Assembly: GCA_963768425.1 (NCBI GenBank)
Contig: CAVYHV010000014.1
Location: 256,001 to 320,000 of the forward strand
From: Candidatus Bathyarchaeota archaeon
GTDB lineage: Archaea; Thermoproteota; Bathyarchaeia; Bathyarchaeales; Bathycorpusculaceae
Direction: 5' to 3'
Length of the DNA stretch: 64,000 nucleotides
The number at the start of each line of letters is the position of its first letter. The stretch's first letter is position 1. The notes beneath the pieces were generated by a model. It had not been told where the DNA came from. It did not search any database and saw nothing but the letters and a program-made list of their open reading frames with translations. Of this stretch, positions 51,078 to 61,325 are shown in pieces. Made by a program: the position numbers and the translations under genes.

Positions 51078-52803
51078 CTAGTACTTCCTCGCTTTAGGTT
51101 CAAAACGAGTAATACTCACGGGTTTATACCGAGCTTCGAGTCCGTTGGCAGTGTGGAATATGAGTGAGTGCTTAAGCCAGACTTCGTCGTTGCGGCTGGG
51201 AAAGTCGTTGCGGAAGTGAGCTCCTCGGCTTTCTTCACGTTTCAGTGCAGAATAAACGATTACTTTTGAAAGCTTCAGCATATTATCGAGCTCAAGCGCT
51301 CCCTCAAGCTCATAGTTGAAAGATTTGCCACGGTAGCTGAGACCAAGATTAGCCGCTCTACCTTGAAGTCCCTGGATCCTGCTTAGAGCCTGCTCTAACC
51401 CCACTTTGTCGCGGAAAACGCTGCATAAGTGAGTCATCACTTTCTCCATTTCCACGCGTATCTCGGCAACACGTTCCTTTCCAGTAGAAGCCAGAAGGGA
51501 ATCTATTCTTGAAAAAACCATTTGCTCAGCATCTGCGTCAAGAGGGGTTTGAGAGGTTTCGCCGACATAATTCGCAATGTGCAGTCCGGCCCGTTTTCCG
51601 AAAACAACCAGATCAACCAACGAATTTGTTCCAAGCCTGTTGGCTCCATGAACACTTACGCATGCACATTCACCCGCCGCATACAACCCAGGAATGACAG
51701 CGGATTTTTCATCTGCAAGGACGCGTGCTTGAGCGTCAGTGGGGATGCCGCCCATCATGTAGTGACAGGTTGGCGCAACAGGAATCGGCGATTCGCTAGC
51801 GTCTATACCTAAGTAGGTCTTGACGAACGATGTGACCTCCGAGAGTTTCTGCTGCAACTGATCTTTGCCAAGATGCGTTAAATCCAAGTAAACGTAGTCT
51901 GAGCCTTCGATACCTCTGCCTTCGGCGACTTCGGTTAAAATGGCTCTGGAAATGATGTCTCTTGGCGCCAGGTCCTTCAGCGACGGCGCGTAACGTTCCA
52001 TAAACCGCTCGCCCTTGCCGTTACGCAACACGCCGCCTTCAGCTCGAGCCGCTTCGCTGACCAAGATGCCTAAACCGTGAATCCCAGTTGGATGGAATTG
52101 AACGAACTCCATATCTTCAAGCGGAACCCCCGCTTCAAAAGCCAAAGCGAAGCCATCTCCCGTAGCGGCAAAAGACATAGAAGTCGTTTGAAAGATTCTG
52201 CCGCAGCCCCCCGTAGCTAACAAAACTGCTTTCGCATGAAAAACCACCGATTCGCCCGTCGCCAACTCGTATCCCGAAACGCCGCAGCATCGTCCTTAAG
52301 GCATCAGAAGCGAGGTAACAAAGACTTCGTTGAATATTTTTACGCCTCGAACCATGCAGTGGTCGTAGAGCGTGTCCATAATAACGCGCCCCGTCCTGTC
52401 AGATGCATAGCAAGCCCTCTTCACAGGCGCCTCCCCGAAGTTTCTGGTGTGCCCTCCAAATCGTCGCTGCTCAATTGTTCCTTTCTCGTTGCGGCTGAAG
52501 GGTACGCCAAGATGCTCCAGCTCAATCACTCTCTCAGGGGCTTCCCGAGCCAGAATTTCAGCCATATCCTGGTCTGCCAAGTAGTCGCTTCCTTTCACTG
52601 TGTCAAACATGTGCCATTCCCAGTGGTCTTCCTCCTCATTTCCAAGAGCCGCCGCAATACCGCCTTGAGCCGCTCCACTGTGACTTCGAGAAGCATACAC
52701 CTTGCTGATGACAGCTACGTTGCAGGTTTCTGACGCCGTCAAGGGCAGCAGTCATGCCAGCAATGCCTGCGCCAACGATCACCACATCAAATTCATGAAT
52801 CAT
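51078..52803 (-). CDS. sdhA: Succinate dehydrogenase flavoprotein (frameshift at ~52743, in-frame TAA at 52296-52298)
   Basis: GAGIAG, RSHSGAAQGG, QFHPTG, HYMMGG, VHGANRLG, ESRGAH. Confidence 0.9.
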
Positions 52804-53923
52804 GCCTTTTTCCGTCCTGTTCACTGAAGAATAGGATATCCCGGTTGACTTCTGAGAGCGAGTCGCAACTTGTCATAACCATAGCCATCCGCAAATCACT
52901 CTTCACATAGTTGATGTACATTGCCACAGCTTCGGGTCCGCCTGCAAGGCTCATCCACGCAAGTGGTCTTCCAATCAACGCCACATCCGCTCCCAACGCC
53001 AGAAGCTTAAGAACATCGAAACCTGTTCTTACCGCGCCATCAGCCATTATAGTGATTTTGCCTTTGAACTTGTCAACGATTTCCGGCAGGACCTCCGCTA
53101 CGCCTTTTCCGCAATCCATTACTCTGCCGCCGTGGTTACTGACATCAAGCGCTTTTGCTCCGGAATCAGCCACTTTGCCCGCGTCCTCCACATTCATGAT
53201 GCCCTTGAAGATGACGGGTTTTTCTGTGGCGTCGACTAGTTCTTTGAGATCACTTTCGCTTTTACGGTAAAGTGGCTTGCCTCTCAGCGCCCAGTTAGTT
53301 GAGCCGTAGCCATCTAAGTCAACGCCGATAGCTAATACGTCGGCATCTTCACAACGCTTAAACAGATTTAGAAGACGCTCTTGCGACTGCGGTTTGAAAA
53401 CAGGGATGCCCCAGCCGCCGATCCCGCCAATAACATCTATCCCAGGATGGTCAGGTGCATCAACGGTGTTTCCGCTTAACCCGATGGTGCCTGCCTGCTT
53501 AGCGCCTTCCACCATGCCACGCTGGAATTCCTCTTCACTCAACGCGTTATTCATGCTTATCAGTGTCCCGCTTATGCTTGTCGCCAACACGGGTAAAGAA
53601 ATGCGGTTACCCAGAAAAGTTGTTTCTAATTTTGGTTCGCGATGCTCTTTGATGACTTGCATCTTGAGCGTGTATCGTGAAAGAGCTTGAAAGTTTGCGC
53701 TCCAAGTTTTGCCCTGACCTGCGCCTCCGAAACCGATGGGTTTCCCGTACTTCATTCCTTGGCAAAGCCTATCAGGGTCTCCATCGCACACTTTGTTTAC
53801 AGCGCAGACCTTCGAGAGTTGTTTTCTGGCGATGTCCCGATAGTAGGATATGTCTTTTAGAGGTTTTTCATTTGTCGATGGATAGTGTTCTTTCGTATTT
53901 TTCCCTTGCAGATATGAATTCAT
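52793..53923 (-). CDS. FMN-dependent alpha-hydroxy-acid dehydrogenase family protein
   Basis: KGIM, VSNHGGR, DGAVRTG.DV, GRP; N-terminal Cys cluster. Confidence 0.9.
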   Translation of the reverse strand: MNSYLQGKNTKEHYPSTNEKPLKDISYYRDIARKQLSKVCAVNKVCDGDPDRLCQGMKYGKPIGFGGAGQGKTWSANFQALSRYTLKMQVIKEHREPKLETTFLGNRISLPVLATSISGTLISMNNALSEEEFQRGMVEGAKQAGTIGLSGNTVDAPDHPGIDVIGGIGGWGIPVFKPQSQERLLNLFKRCEDADVLAIGVDLDGYGSTNWALRGKPLYRKSESDLKELVDATEKPVIFKGIMNVEDAGKVADSGAKALDVSNHGGRVMDCGKGVAEVLPEIVDKFKGKITIMADGAVRTGFDVLKLLALGADVALIGRPLAWMSLAGGPEAVAMYINYVKSDLRMAMVMTSCDSLSEVNRDILFFSEQDGKRHDS

Positions 53924-54090
53924 TGTTCATTTATTTCTTTCAGGTTGCCTTTCCAGTGCCCGCAGACCGGGCATCGCCAAGTTTGAGGAATTCCCTCCAA
54001 TTTCATGCTTGGCGGCAGCTCTGCTACTAAGTCGCCTTTTTCATCATCAAACGTAAAGCTCCTGCAGAACTCACACATAAACTTCAACAA
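53920..54090 (-). CDS. Rubredoxin
   Basis: CEFC...D...GD......P..W.CPVCG. Confidence 0.8.
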   Translation of the reverse strand: MLKFMCEFCRSFTFDDEKGDLVAELPPSMKLEGIPQTWRCPVCGHWKGNLKEINEQ

Positions 54091-54266
54091 TAACACCGAG
54101 CAAAACTGATTTTGGGTCACTGTGCCCTGATTAATTCCAAGTTTATCGTTTCTAAAAAACTTTTGCAACTCAGCGGTAAGAGCACTATCCTTTGGAAACC
54201 CTTAAATCGTTGCCTCAAACCCATTGTTAATGATGATGTTTTTCATCTTTTTCTTAAAAAGAAGGC

Positions 54267-55124
54267 TTGTTTATGAATGGAAAGGATTTTGCTTTTGATT
54301 TTGTAAAAATTGATATGCCACCTGAGAGACCGAGAAACTCTGGTATAATAGAGTTTAGAGGACCGTACTATAACTCGGTCAGTTACGGCTTCTTGAAAGA
54401 TTTGCTTGATGATTGGTCGTTTTACGTTGACGGGTTCAAGTTTGCCGGCGGCTCGATGAGGCTACTTCCTAGGGCAAGAGTACGCCAAATTATTGGGGCA
54501 TGCCATGAGCATGGGCTTTATGTTTCCACCGGGGGATTTGTTGAGCGGGTAATTGTTCAAGGAAGCGAAACAGTTGACAACTATCTTGATGAATGTAGGC
54601 AGTTGGGGTTTGACGTTGTCGAAGTTTCAAGCGGTCTTGCACCGATTTCTCTGGAAGACAAACTGAAGATTATGAGCCAGGTTCAAAAGTTAGGCATGAA
54701 GCCTAAACCCGAGGTTACAATGATGATTGGGGCAGGTGCGGGCACACACATCGCTGGGTACGAGGCAGGCATGAAGCTGCGAAGCTTTGACGAGTTCTCA
54801 GAAGAAGTATCGACCCACCTCAAAGCAGGCGCAGAAATGATAATGATAGAATCCGAAGGTTTAACCGAAGATTTGCCGCCTGAACAATGGAAAACTGATG
54901 TCATCAAGAAAATCGTAGACAAGTTCGGAACCAAAAATCTGATGTTTGAAGCTGCGGATCCTCCGGTGTTCAAGTGGTACCTCAAAAACTTCGGCAAAGA
55001 CGTGAATTTGTTTATCGATTACTCGCAGATAGTCGAGTTCACCGCTTGGAAAACTAAGCTTTGGGGAGACCCTGAAATCTGGTTGGGAAAACCCGTTAAA
55101 TATAATAAGAACAAAAATCGATAA
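54267..55124 (+). CDS. Phosphosulfolactate synthase (ComA)/HSA32-like protein
   Basis: PR..G..EFRGPYY, KFAGGS, VSTGG..E, MIESEG, MFEA. Confidence 0.88.
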   Translation: MFMNGKDFAFDFVKIDMPPERPRNSGIIEFRGPYYNSVSYGFLKDLLDDWSFYVDGFKFAGGSMRLLPRARVRQIIGACHEHGLYVSTGGFVERVIVQGSETVDNYLDECRQLGFDVVEVSSGLAPISLEDKLKIMSQVQKLGMKPKPEVTMMIGAGAGTHIAGYEAGMKLRSFDEFSEEVSTHLKAGAEMIMIESEGLTEDLPPEQWKTDVIKKIVDKFGTKNLMFEAADPPVFKWYLKNFGKDVNLFIDYSQIVEFTAWKTKLWGDPEIWLGKPVKYNKNKNR

Positions 55125-55195
55125 GGAAAAACAAAAAAGTGAGGCGGTTTCCACCGCAACGAACTCTGTCTCCAGATTTTTGAGTCAATGAAGTG

Positions 55196-56560
55196 CTAAG
55201 TGAAGACCAAATTCTCCGTCAACTTTCGAGCATCAATATTCTCCAGATGTGCCACCGCGTCCATAATTTCCTTTTTTCTCGCCTCTTCAACGAACATAGA
55301 GACAAGGGATGAAAACTTCTCAGTTGCATCGGCCCAGCTCATCGGCCGCGTTAAGAACCCTTCATAATCGTCAACCGCTTTGGTTAGGGTTTTCCCGTTT
55401 TTTAGGCGGATTGTTATTTCACAGGGCATGGCGTTTGGAAATCTCTTGCTTAACTCAGATGAAGGGACAATCTGGACCTTCTTTAAGAGAGCCTGCACAT
55501 CGCTCCTCATTACTCTTTGGGGCAAATATTGCTCCGGGGTAACCTTGCCATCGATTAAGGCAGCTGAGAGAATATATGGGAGACTATGATCTGCTTCCTC
55601 TTTCGTTCGGACCAGCTTTTTTTCGCCCTCTTCGCCGCCCCCAATAATCTTGTAAGCAACATCGAAAATGCGCACGTCAATTGAATCTGCATCTTGAACT
55701 CTGAGACCCTGCTTTCTTAACGATAGAATGCAATCTATAGCGGATTGGGAATGTATTTCAGCATTGTATTTCTTCAGAATGGTGCGGTTCACTGCCTCAA
55801 GGTTCTCTTTTTTCCAGTCAATCTCGAAGCGCCCGGCAATAGAATCCATGAAGCCTTTGTTGCCTTCAAAAACTTCCAGCGGACCAGTGATTCCCTCGCT
55901 GGCCAGAAAAGTGGCGTGTAAAGCACAGGAAGCCATGAATGGGTATGCGATGCCTTTCCAGTTGGAGAGTTTCCCGGTTCTTGTGACACGAAGTGCGTTC
56001 AAGGATGTACCGCTGATGGCGATGGAGTTAGCGGTTTTGGCGGTGTCAAGCCTCAACGCTTTGGATACGCCCGCAGCTACAGCGTAGGCTCCCTGAGTCA
56101 CATGGTCAAAGCCTTTGTCTCTTACAGGTGCAACCTCGCTTAAACGGCATTGAACCTGATAAGCCACAGCCAAAGCAACCAAAAATTCTTTCCCCGATGC
56201 ACCAGCATACTCTGAAGCAGCCAGAACTGAAGCGAGATTGTCGCTTGGGTGACATGTTTCTCCTTTTGAGAGGAAACTGTCGTTAAAATCTAGGTACCTA
56301 ACTAGCGTGCTATTTATCAGGGTAGCGCGATCCGGAGCGGTTTTGGCTCCACCTATCAAAGTGCACAGAGGCAGTCCCCCGAACTCGCTTTCGACCTTAC
56401 GTATGGACTTTACAGGTTGGCTTTGCAATGCTCCTATGGCGCAACCAAACGAATCAAGAACCCTGATTTTTAGCTGCTCAACGGCTTTGCTTGACAGGTC
56501 CTCAAACCTGGACGCATGCACAAATTCAGCAAGTCCTTCAACACATGTCAATTGTAACAA
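55196..56560 (-). CDS. MmgE/PrpD family protein
   Basis: RYLDFND, CHPSDN, DH, WKG, ADHSLPY. Confidence 0.92.
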   Translation of the reverse strand: MLQLTCVEGLAEFVHASRFEDLSSKAVEQLKIRVLDSFGCAIGALQSQPVKSIRKVESEFGGLPLCTLIGGAKTAPDRATLINSTLVRYLDFNDSFLSKGETCHPSDNLASVLAASEYAGASGKEFLVALAVAYQVQCRLSEVAPVRDKGFDHVTQGAYAVAAGVSKALRLDTAKTANSIAISGTSLNALRVTRTGKLSNWKGIAYPFMASCALHATFLASEGITGPLEVFEGNKGFMDSIAGRFEIDWKKENLEAVNRTILKKYNAEIHSQSAIDCILSLRKQGLRVQDADSIDVRIFDVAYKIIGGGEEGEKKLVRTKEEADHSLPYILSAALIDGKVTPEQYLPQRVMRSDVQALLKKVQIVPSSELSKRFPNAMPCEITIRLKNGKTLTKAVDDYEGFLTRPMSWADATEKFSSLVSMFVEEARKKEIMDAVAHLENIDARKLTENLVFT

Positions 56561-56674
56561 GTCTCCTTACAACAGTCCAATTTAGTTAAACTTGATTGAC
56601 GCAATAAACTTAGCCCTCCAAAGCACACTTCGTTAGCCTAAAAAAATTCTTATTCAACGAAAACAAGTTAGCTA

Positions 56675-57838
56675 GTGATTATTTTGAATTTAACAGAGTA
56701 CGAAGCAAAACAAGTTTTCTTCAATTATGGTATTCCGATTCCGAAAGGAACTTTAATTTCTGAATCCAAGCAAACCAAAGATAACATGAACAGTTTAAAG
56801 CCGCCATACATGGTTAAAGCGCAAGTTCCAGCAGGTGGAAGGGGAAAAGCTGGAGGAATTATATCTGTTTCATCAGTACACGAGGCAGAACAAGCCGCTG
56901 CCAAACTTCTTGGAACACAAATCAAGAACCTTCTTGTAAAGCAAGTCCTAATCGAGGAAAAGCTCCCGGTAAAAAAGGAGTTGTATCTGGGAATCACAGT
57001 TGACCGCTTTAACCGTTGTTATGTTGCCTTGGCTTCTGCGGTGGGTGGCGTGGAAATCGAGGAAGTCGCCGAGAAAACTCCCGAAGCAATCTTCAGAGAC
57101 AGGGTGGATTCTCAGCTGGGCATGCCTTCTTTTCAGGCATTAGCGATCGCGAAACAATTAGGTTATAGCGGCAGCCAGCTCTTAGAATTAGTAACTGTTA
57201 TTCAGAAACTTTTTCGAGCGTGTGTTGAAAGCGACGCTGAAACGACGGAGATTAATCCTTTGGTGGAAACGGTAGCGGGAGGTTTTGTGGCTGCTGACGC
57301 TCGCATGGTTATTGATGATAATGCCCTGTTTAGGCATCCAGAGTATGAGGCAAAGCAAGTTCAATCGCTCTCGCCTGACGATACTTTAGCTTTGAAACAC
57401 AGTTTAGCTTACGTTAAACTTGACGGCGACATAGGCGTTGTCGGCAACGGCGCTGGGTTGGTTATGGCAACGCTTGATTTGTTGATTTTTTTCGGTGGCA
57501 AACCAGCAAATTTCTTAGATGTAGGCGGCGGAGCAAGCACGGAAGCAATCACTGCGGCTTTAGTAATAGTTCTTGGTGACTCAGCTACAAAAGCCGTTTT
57601 AGTCAACGTTCTGGGTGGAATAACGCGTTGTGACGATGTAGCAAGAGGCATAGTTGAAGCTATCAAAGAAACTAATTCAAAGAAGCCAGTGGTTGTTAGG
57701 CTTGTTGGCACGAACCAGCTGGAAGGACAAAAAATTCTCATCGACACTGGAATATCCGTTTTGGGCAGCATGGAGGAAGCAGCAAAGCTGGCAGTTGCGT
57801 ATGCGGCGGAGGGAAGCGGTAATGGGGATTTTGGTTGA
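56675..57838 (+). CDS. sucC: Succinyl-CoA synthetase beta subunit
   Basis: KAQV..GGRGKAGG, EINPL, GNGAGL.MATLD, NFLDVGGG. Confidence 0.95.
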   Translation: MIILNLTEYEAKQVFFNYGIPIPKGTLISESKQTKDNMNSLKPPYMVKAQVPAGGRGKAGGIISVSSVHEAEQAAAKLLGTQIKNLLVKQVLIEEKLPVKKELYLGITVDRFNRCYVALASAVGGVEIEEVAEKTPEAIFRDRVDSQLGMPSFQALAIAKQLGYSGSQLLELVTVIQKLFRACVESDAETTEINPLVETVAGGFVAADARMVIDDNALFRHPEYEAKQVQSLSPDDTLALKHSLAYVKLDGDIGVVGNGAGLVMATLDLLIFFGGKPANFLDVGGGASTEAITAALVIVLGDSATKAVLVNVLGGITRCDDVARGIVEAIKETNSKKPVVVRLVGTNQLEGQKILIDTGISVLGSMEEAAKLAVAYAAEGSGNGDFG

Positions 57839-58718
57839 TTCTGGAACGAGAGCGATTGTTCAAGGCGCAACGGGCAAACAGGGCAGCTACCAAACTAGGC
57901 TAATGCTTGACTATGGCACGAAAATTGTGGCAGGAGTTGTGCCTGGCAAAGGCGGAACATTGGTAAACGGATTGCCCGTTTTTGATACAGTAAGTGAAAC
58001 AGTCGATGCCTATTCTCCCAATGCCTCAATAATTTTTGTGCCAGCGCCATTTGCGAAAGACGCTGTTTTGGAAGCAGCCGCCAGCAAAATCGAAACAGTC
58101 GTAGTAATCACTGAACATCTGCCAATAAGAGACACTATTAGCAGCTTAGGATACGCGGCTCATTCGAATGTCACGGTTGTTGGTCCGAACACGCCGGGAA
58201 TCATTACGCCCGGTGAATGCAAACTTGGAATAATGCCAGCAGACGTTTTTGCACCGGGAAGTATTGGTCTTGTTTCGAGAAGCGGAACTTTAACCTACGA
58301 AATAGCAGCCAGTCTCACAGCCAATGGTTTGGGTCAGTCGACCTGCCTTGGCGTCGGTGGCGACCCCGTCGTGGGCTTAAACTTCATTGACGCATTAGAA
58401 CTATTCAAAGCTGACCCGAAAACGAAAGCGGTGGTTTTAATCGGTGAAATCGGCGGGAACATGGAAGAGCTGACAGCAGAATATATCGCCCAGACGCGTT
58501 ACCCTAAGCCGGTTGTGGCTTACGTGGCCGGTCGCTTTGCGCCTGAAGGCAAGAGGATGGGTCACGCGGGAGCTATAATTACTGGAAAACAGGGAACGGC
58601 TCAAAGCAAGATTGACGCCTTTTTAAGTTCGGGTGTTAAGGTTGCTGAGAAGCCAAGCGACGTTGCAGCCATTTTGGCAACAGAAGTTGAGACACAAAAA
58701 CAAGTTGCCGATAGCTGA
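57822..58718 (+). CDS. sucD: Succinyl-CoA synthetase alpha subunit
   Basis: QGATGK, GPNTPG, SRSGTLTYE, RMGHAGA. Confidence 0.95.
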   Translation: MGILVDSGTRAIVQGATGKQGSYQTRLMLDYGTKIVAGVVPGKGGTLVNGLPVFDTVSETVDAYSPNASIIFVPAPFAKDAVLEAAASKIETVVVITEHLPIRDTISSLGYAAHSNVTVVGPNTPGIITPGECKLGIMPADVFAPGSIGLVSRSGTLTYEIAASLTANGLGQSTCLGVGGDPVVGLNFIDALELFKADPKTKAVVLIGEIGGNMEELTAEYIAQTRYPKPVVAYVAGRFAPEGKRMGHAGAIITGKQGTAQSKIDAFLSSGVKVAEKPSDVAAILATEVETQKQVADS

Positions 58719-58829
58719 ACTGTCGAGTACAAGTGCTCGGTCGGGTTCCAAAAGATTTATCTTTAAACCTAAACAGAACTATTATATGATTGCCAAGTTG
58801 TTGGCAGTTTTTTGCAGCGAGCTGTCTTT

Positions 58830-59786
58830 ATGAGCCAGAATAACCCGAAAAAATTTAGTGCTGAAGACCTTAAGCAATTCGATGGGTCAAATGGAAAACC
58901 ATTGTATGTTGTTTTCAAGGGAAAAGTTTACGACCTTACAACCAGCCCGCTTTGGCTTCAGGGTACGCACATGGGCATGCATAACAAAAATGACGACTTA
59001 ACTGAAGCAATAAAAACTGCCCCACATACTGAGGATAACGTTTTCAGATTCCCGTATGTTGGAGAAATAGCCGAGCCCGTTTTGAAGGCGCCACCGCCTC
59101 TTCCACTTGAAGAGCAAAAGCCTGTCCAACTACAGGTGCAGTCCCCACCGAACGCTGCGGGAGTCATGGAGAGGCGTACTTTCCTGAAACTTGCAGCTGC
59201 GACTGGGGGAGCAATCACTATAGCCGCGTTGCTTTCAACTTTGAAGGCAGGAACATTTGTGCCCCCTCCAACCACAACGACAGCGTGGCCAATAGTCACT
59301 GTTACAAACCTAAGCAAACTGACAAACCTCGTGCCGGTTGTGTTTTATTACCCATTAACCAGCACTCCGAACTACCTTGTAAAACTGGGCGTGGCCGCCA
59401 CAGGCGGCATCGGACCAGAAAATGACATCGTGGCTTTCAGCGCGATTTGTCAACATTTAGGATGCGAATATGGCTTTGTTGCTCCAGGTGGCTCACCTCC
59501 CTGCAACTCAGGGTACAAGGCAGTTATGCCCATGGGCTACTGCTGTTGTCACGGTTCACAGTACGATTTCGTTCACGGCGCGAAAGTAATTGGCGGTCCA
59601 GCTCCACGACCTGTTCCTATGGTTCAACTGCAACTGGATACAACTACAGGAGACATAAGCGCGGTTGGGATGCAGCCGCCGACGATTTTTGGGCACGGTC
59701 CGCCGGGAACTACGAATCCAGCGTCGGTGATGCAATATGATTTACAAGGTGGAGATTTAGTGACGCAATCCACAGTTTTGGGATGA
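58830..59786 (+). CDS. Cytochrome b5-like domain fused to a Tat-type Rieske [2Fe-2S] protein
   Basis: FDG..GKP.YV...GKVYD.T...W..G.H...H; RRTFLK + TM; CQHLGC and CCCHGSQY. Confidence 0.88.
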   Translation: MSQNNPKKFSAEDLKQFDGSNGKPLYVVFKGKVYDLTTSPLWLQGTHMGMHNKNDDLTEAIKTAPHTEDNVFRFPYVGEIAEPVLKAPPPLPLEEQKPVQLQVQSPPNAAGVMERRTFLKLAAATGGAITIAALLSTLKAGTFVPPPTTTTAWPIVTVTNLSKLTNLVPVVFYYPLTSTPNYLVKLGVAATGGIGPENDIVAFSAICQHLGCEYGFVAPGGSPPCNSGYKAVMPMGYCCCHGSQYDFVHGAKVIGGPAPRPVPMVQLQLDTTTGDISAVGMQPPTIFGHGPPGTTNPASVMQYDLQGGDLVTQSTVLG

Positions 59787-61325
59787 ATGAGCATGACTGA
59801 ACAAACTGAGCCCGCCAAAAAGACCGCTTACGACAAGCTTGTCGACTGGTTTGACGTGAAGTTCGGCTTCGCCAAAGCGCCGCTAAAGCCGATTCCAGAC
59901 TTCACTATGAACCCGATTTACTGGCTCGGCTTGCTATTAGCTGTGACTTTCGGCTTACAGGCGCTAACAGGAATCTTCATGCTTCTCTACTATGTGCCTA
60001 CACCTGCCCAAGCCTACTCGTCGACGGCATCTATAATCAGTTCCGTGCCTCTTGGTTCGCTTGTTGAAACCTTTCACCTGTACACAGCCTACGCCATGAT
60101 TATCTTGACATTTCTCCACCTCACCCGCAACTTTTTCGGCAGCGCTCACAAAGGGAACAGGGATTTAATGTGGCTTGTCGGAGTCATTTTGGCTGTAGTA
60201 GTCGTTAGCTTCGGGGTGACAGGGTATCTTTTACCGTGGACAGTGATTTCAAAGTCGGCAAGCGACGTCGCCATTGGATTTCTCAACTTCTTCCCCGTTG
60301 GCTTAGCAAACCTTGGAAAATTCGTTGCGGTAGGCTCAGGCAGCGACGCATCAGAGTTGACAACGTTCCTTCACATTCACACCGTTTTCCTTCCGCTAGC
60401 GCTCATTGGACTTTTGGGGTTGAAGATTTACATGTATGAAGTGCATGGCCCAATCTACGTGTCAGCTTACGGAAAACCGGGAAAAGGCAAGTACTACAAC
60501 TGGTTCCCGAAGATCTTCCTCTACTTCGTCATGCTCGCAAGCGCCTACGTAGCGATACTGCTGGCTGCATCTTCCCTTTTCCCTCTGGTTTTGCCACCAG
60601 CATATTCCGCAGCAACCGCCGGCGCATATGTCGTCCAGCCTGACTGGTATCTGCTATGGGTTTACCAACTCTTGAAAATCCAGATTTTTGAAGGACCAGC
60701 CGCGGCTTACGTGATAGCCGCTCTAATTGCTTTTGGAGTACTTCTTTTCCTCATGCCTTTCTACGACAGAAGCAAACGCAGAAACATAAGTCAAAGACCA
60801 GTCTATACCACTATCGGCGCCGTGCTGATAATTGAGCTCATAACTCTAACCATATGGGGCTATCTGACTCCTGGGCGAATAATTCCGGATTACCAAGCCC
60901 TGCTTGTTTTAGGCGGAGTAGCTGTGGCAACTATCGCTGCGCTTTGGGCGGTTTATCGACTACGACGAAAAACAAACACAGCAACTGTCCTGCCGACACA
61001 ATCTACAGCAAACCCACTCTTGACCAGCCCGCTCATGACGACACCATCCATCGCAAACCATTCCCCAAAGAGGGCTGCCCAGTCGAAAAAACAACTTGTA
61101 AAGCGTGCAGGCCAAAACTTGTTTAATTCGTTCACCGCTGTTTTCGCCGTTTTCCTGGCTGTTGCATCAGTTTCACTGGCGTCAGCCGTAAACATGTTAC
61201 CTAACGTTTTACCAAATGCGCCCTTCTTCGTGTTAGCTTTGTCTGCTTTTGTCGTTTCGGCGTTTTTCATGAGTCGGATGCTACGAAAGTTTGTGTTAGC
61301 GTATAACGGAGCAGTGACTAAATGA
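59787..61325 (+). CDS. Cytochrome b (b6 + subunit IV fused) of a Rieske/cytb complex
   Basis: LQALTG..., H..H in helix B, TGYLLPW, QPDWY (PEWY-like). Confidence 0.92.
   Translation: MSMTEQTEPAKKTAYDKLVDWFDVKFGFAKAPLKPIPDFTMNPIYWLGLLLAVTFGLQALTGIFMLLYYVPTPAQAYSSTASIISSVPLGSLVETFHLYTAYAMIILTFLHLTRNFFGSAHKGNRDLMWLVGVILAVVVVSFGVTGYLLPWTVISKSASDVAIGFLNFFPVGLANLGKFVAVGSGSDASELTTFLHIHTVFLPLALIGLLGLKIYMYEVHGPIYVSAYGKPGKGKYYNWFPKIFLYFVMLASAYVAILLAASSLFPLVLPPAYSAATAGAYVVQPDWYLLWVYQLLKIQIFEGPAAAYVIAALIAFGVLLFLMPFYDRSKRRNISQRPVYTTIGAVLIIELITLTIWGYLTPGRIIPDYQALLVLGGVAVATIAALWAVYRLRRKTNTATVLPTQSTANPLLTSPLMTTPSIANHSPKRAAQSKKQLVKRAGQNLFNSFTAVFAVFLAVASVSLASAVNMLPNVLPNAPFFVLALSAFVVSAFFMSRMLRKFVLAYNGAVTK

Noticed and set aside
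52296-52298. Stop-codon recoding (Pyl/Sec) in sdhA
   Set aside because: The codon is TAA at a non-catalytic position; an error or nonsense mutation is more likely.
54267-55124. Evidence for coenzyme M synthesis or methanogenesis
   Set aside because: No other com or mcr genes in the window; the context is PrpD/TCA.
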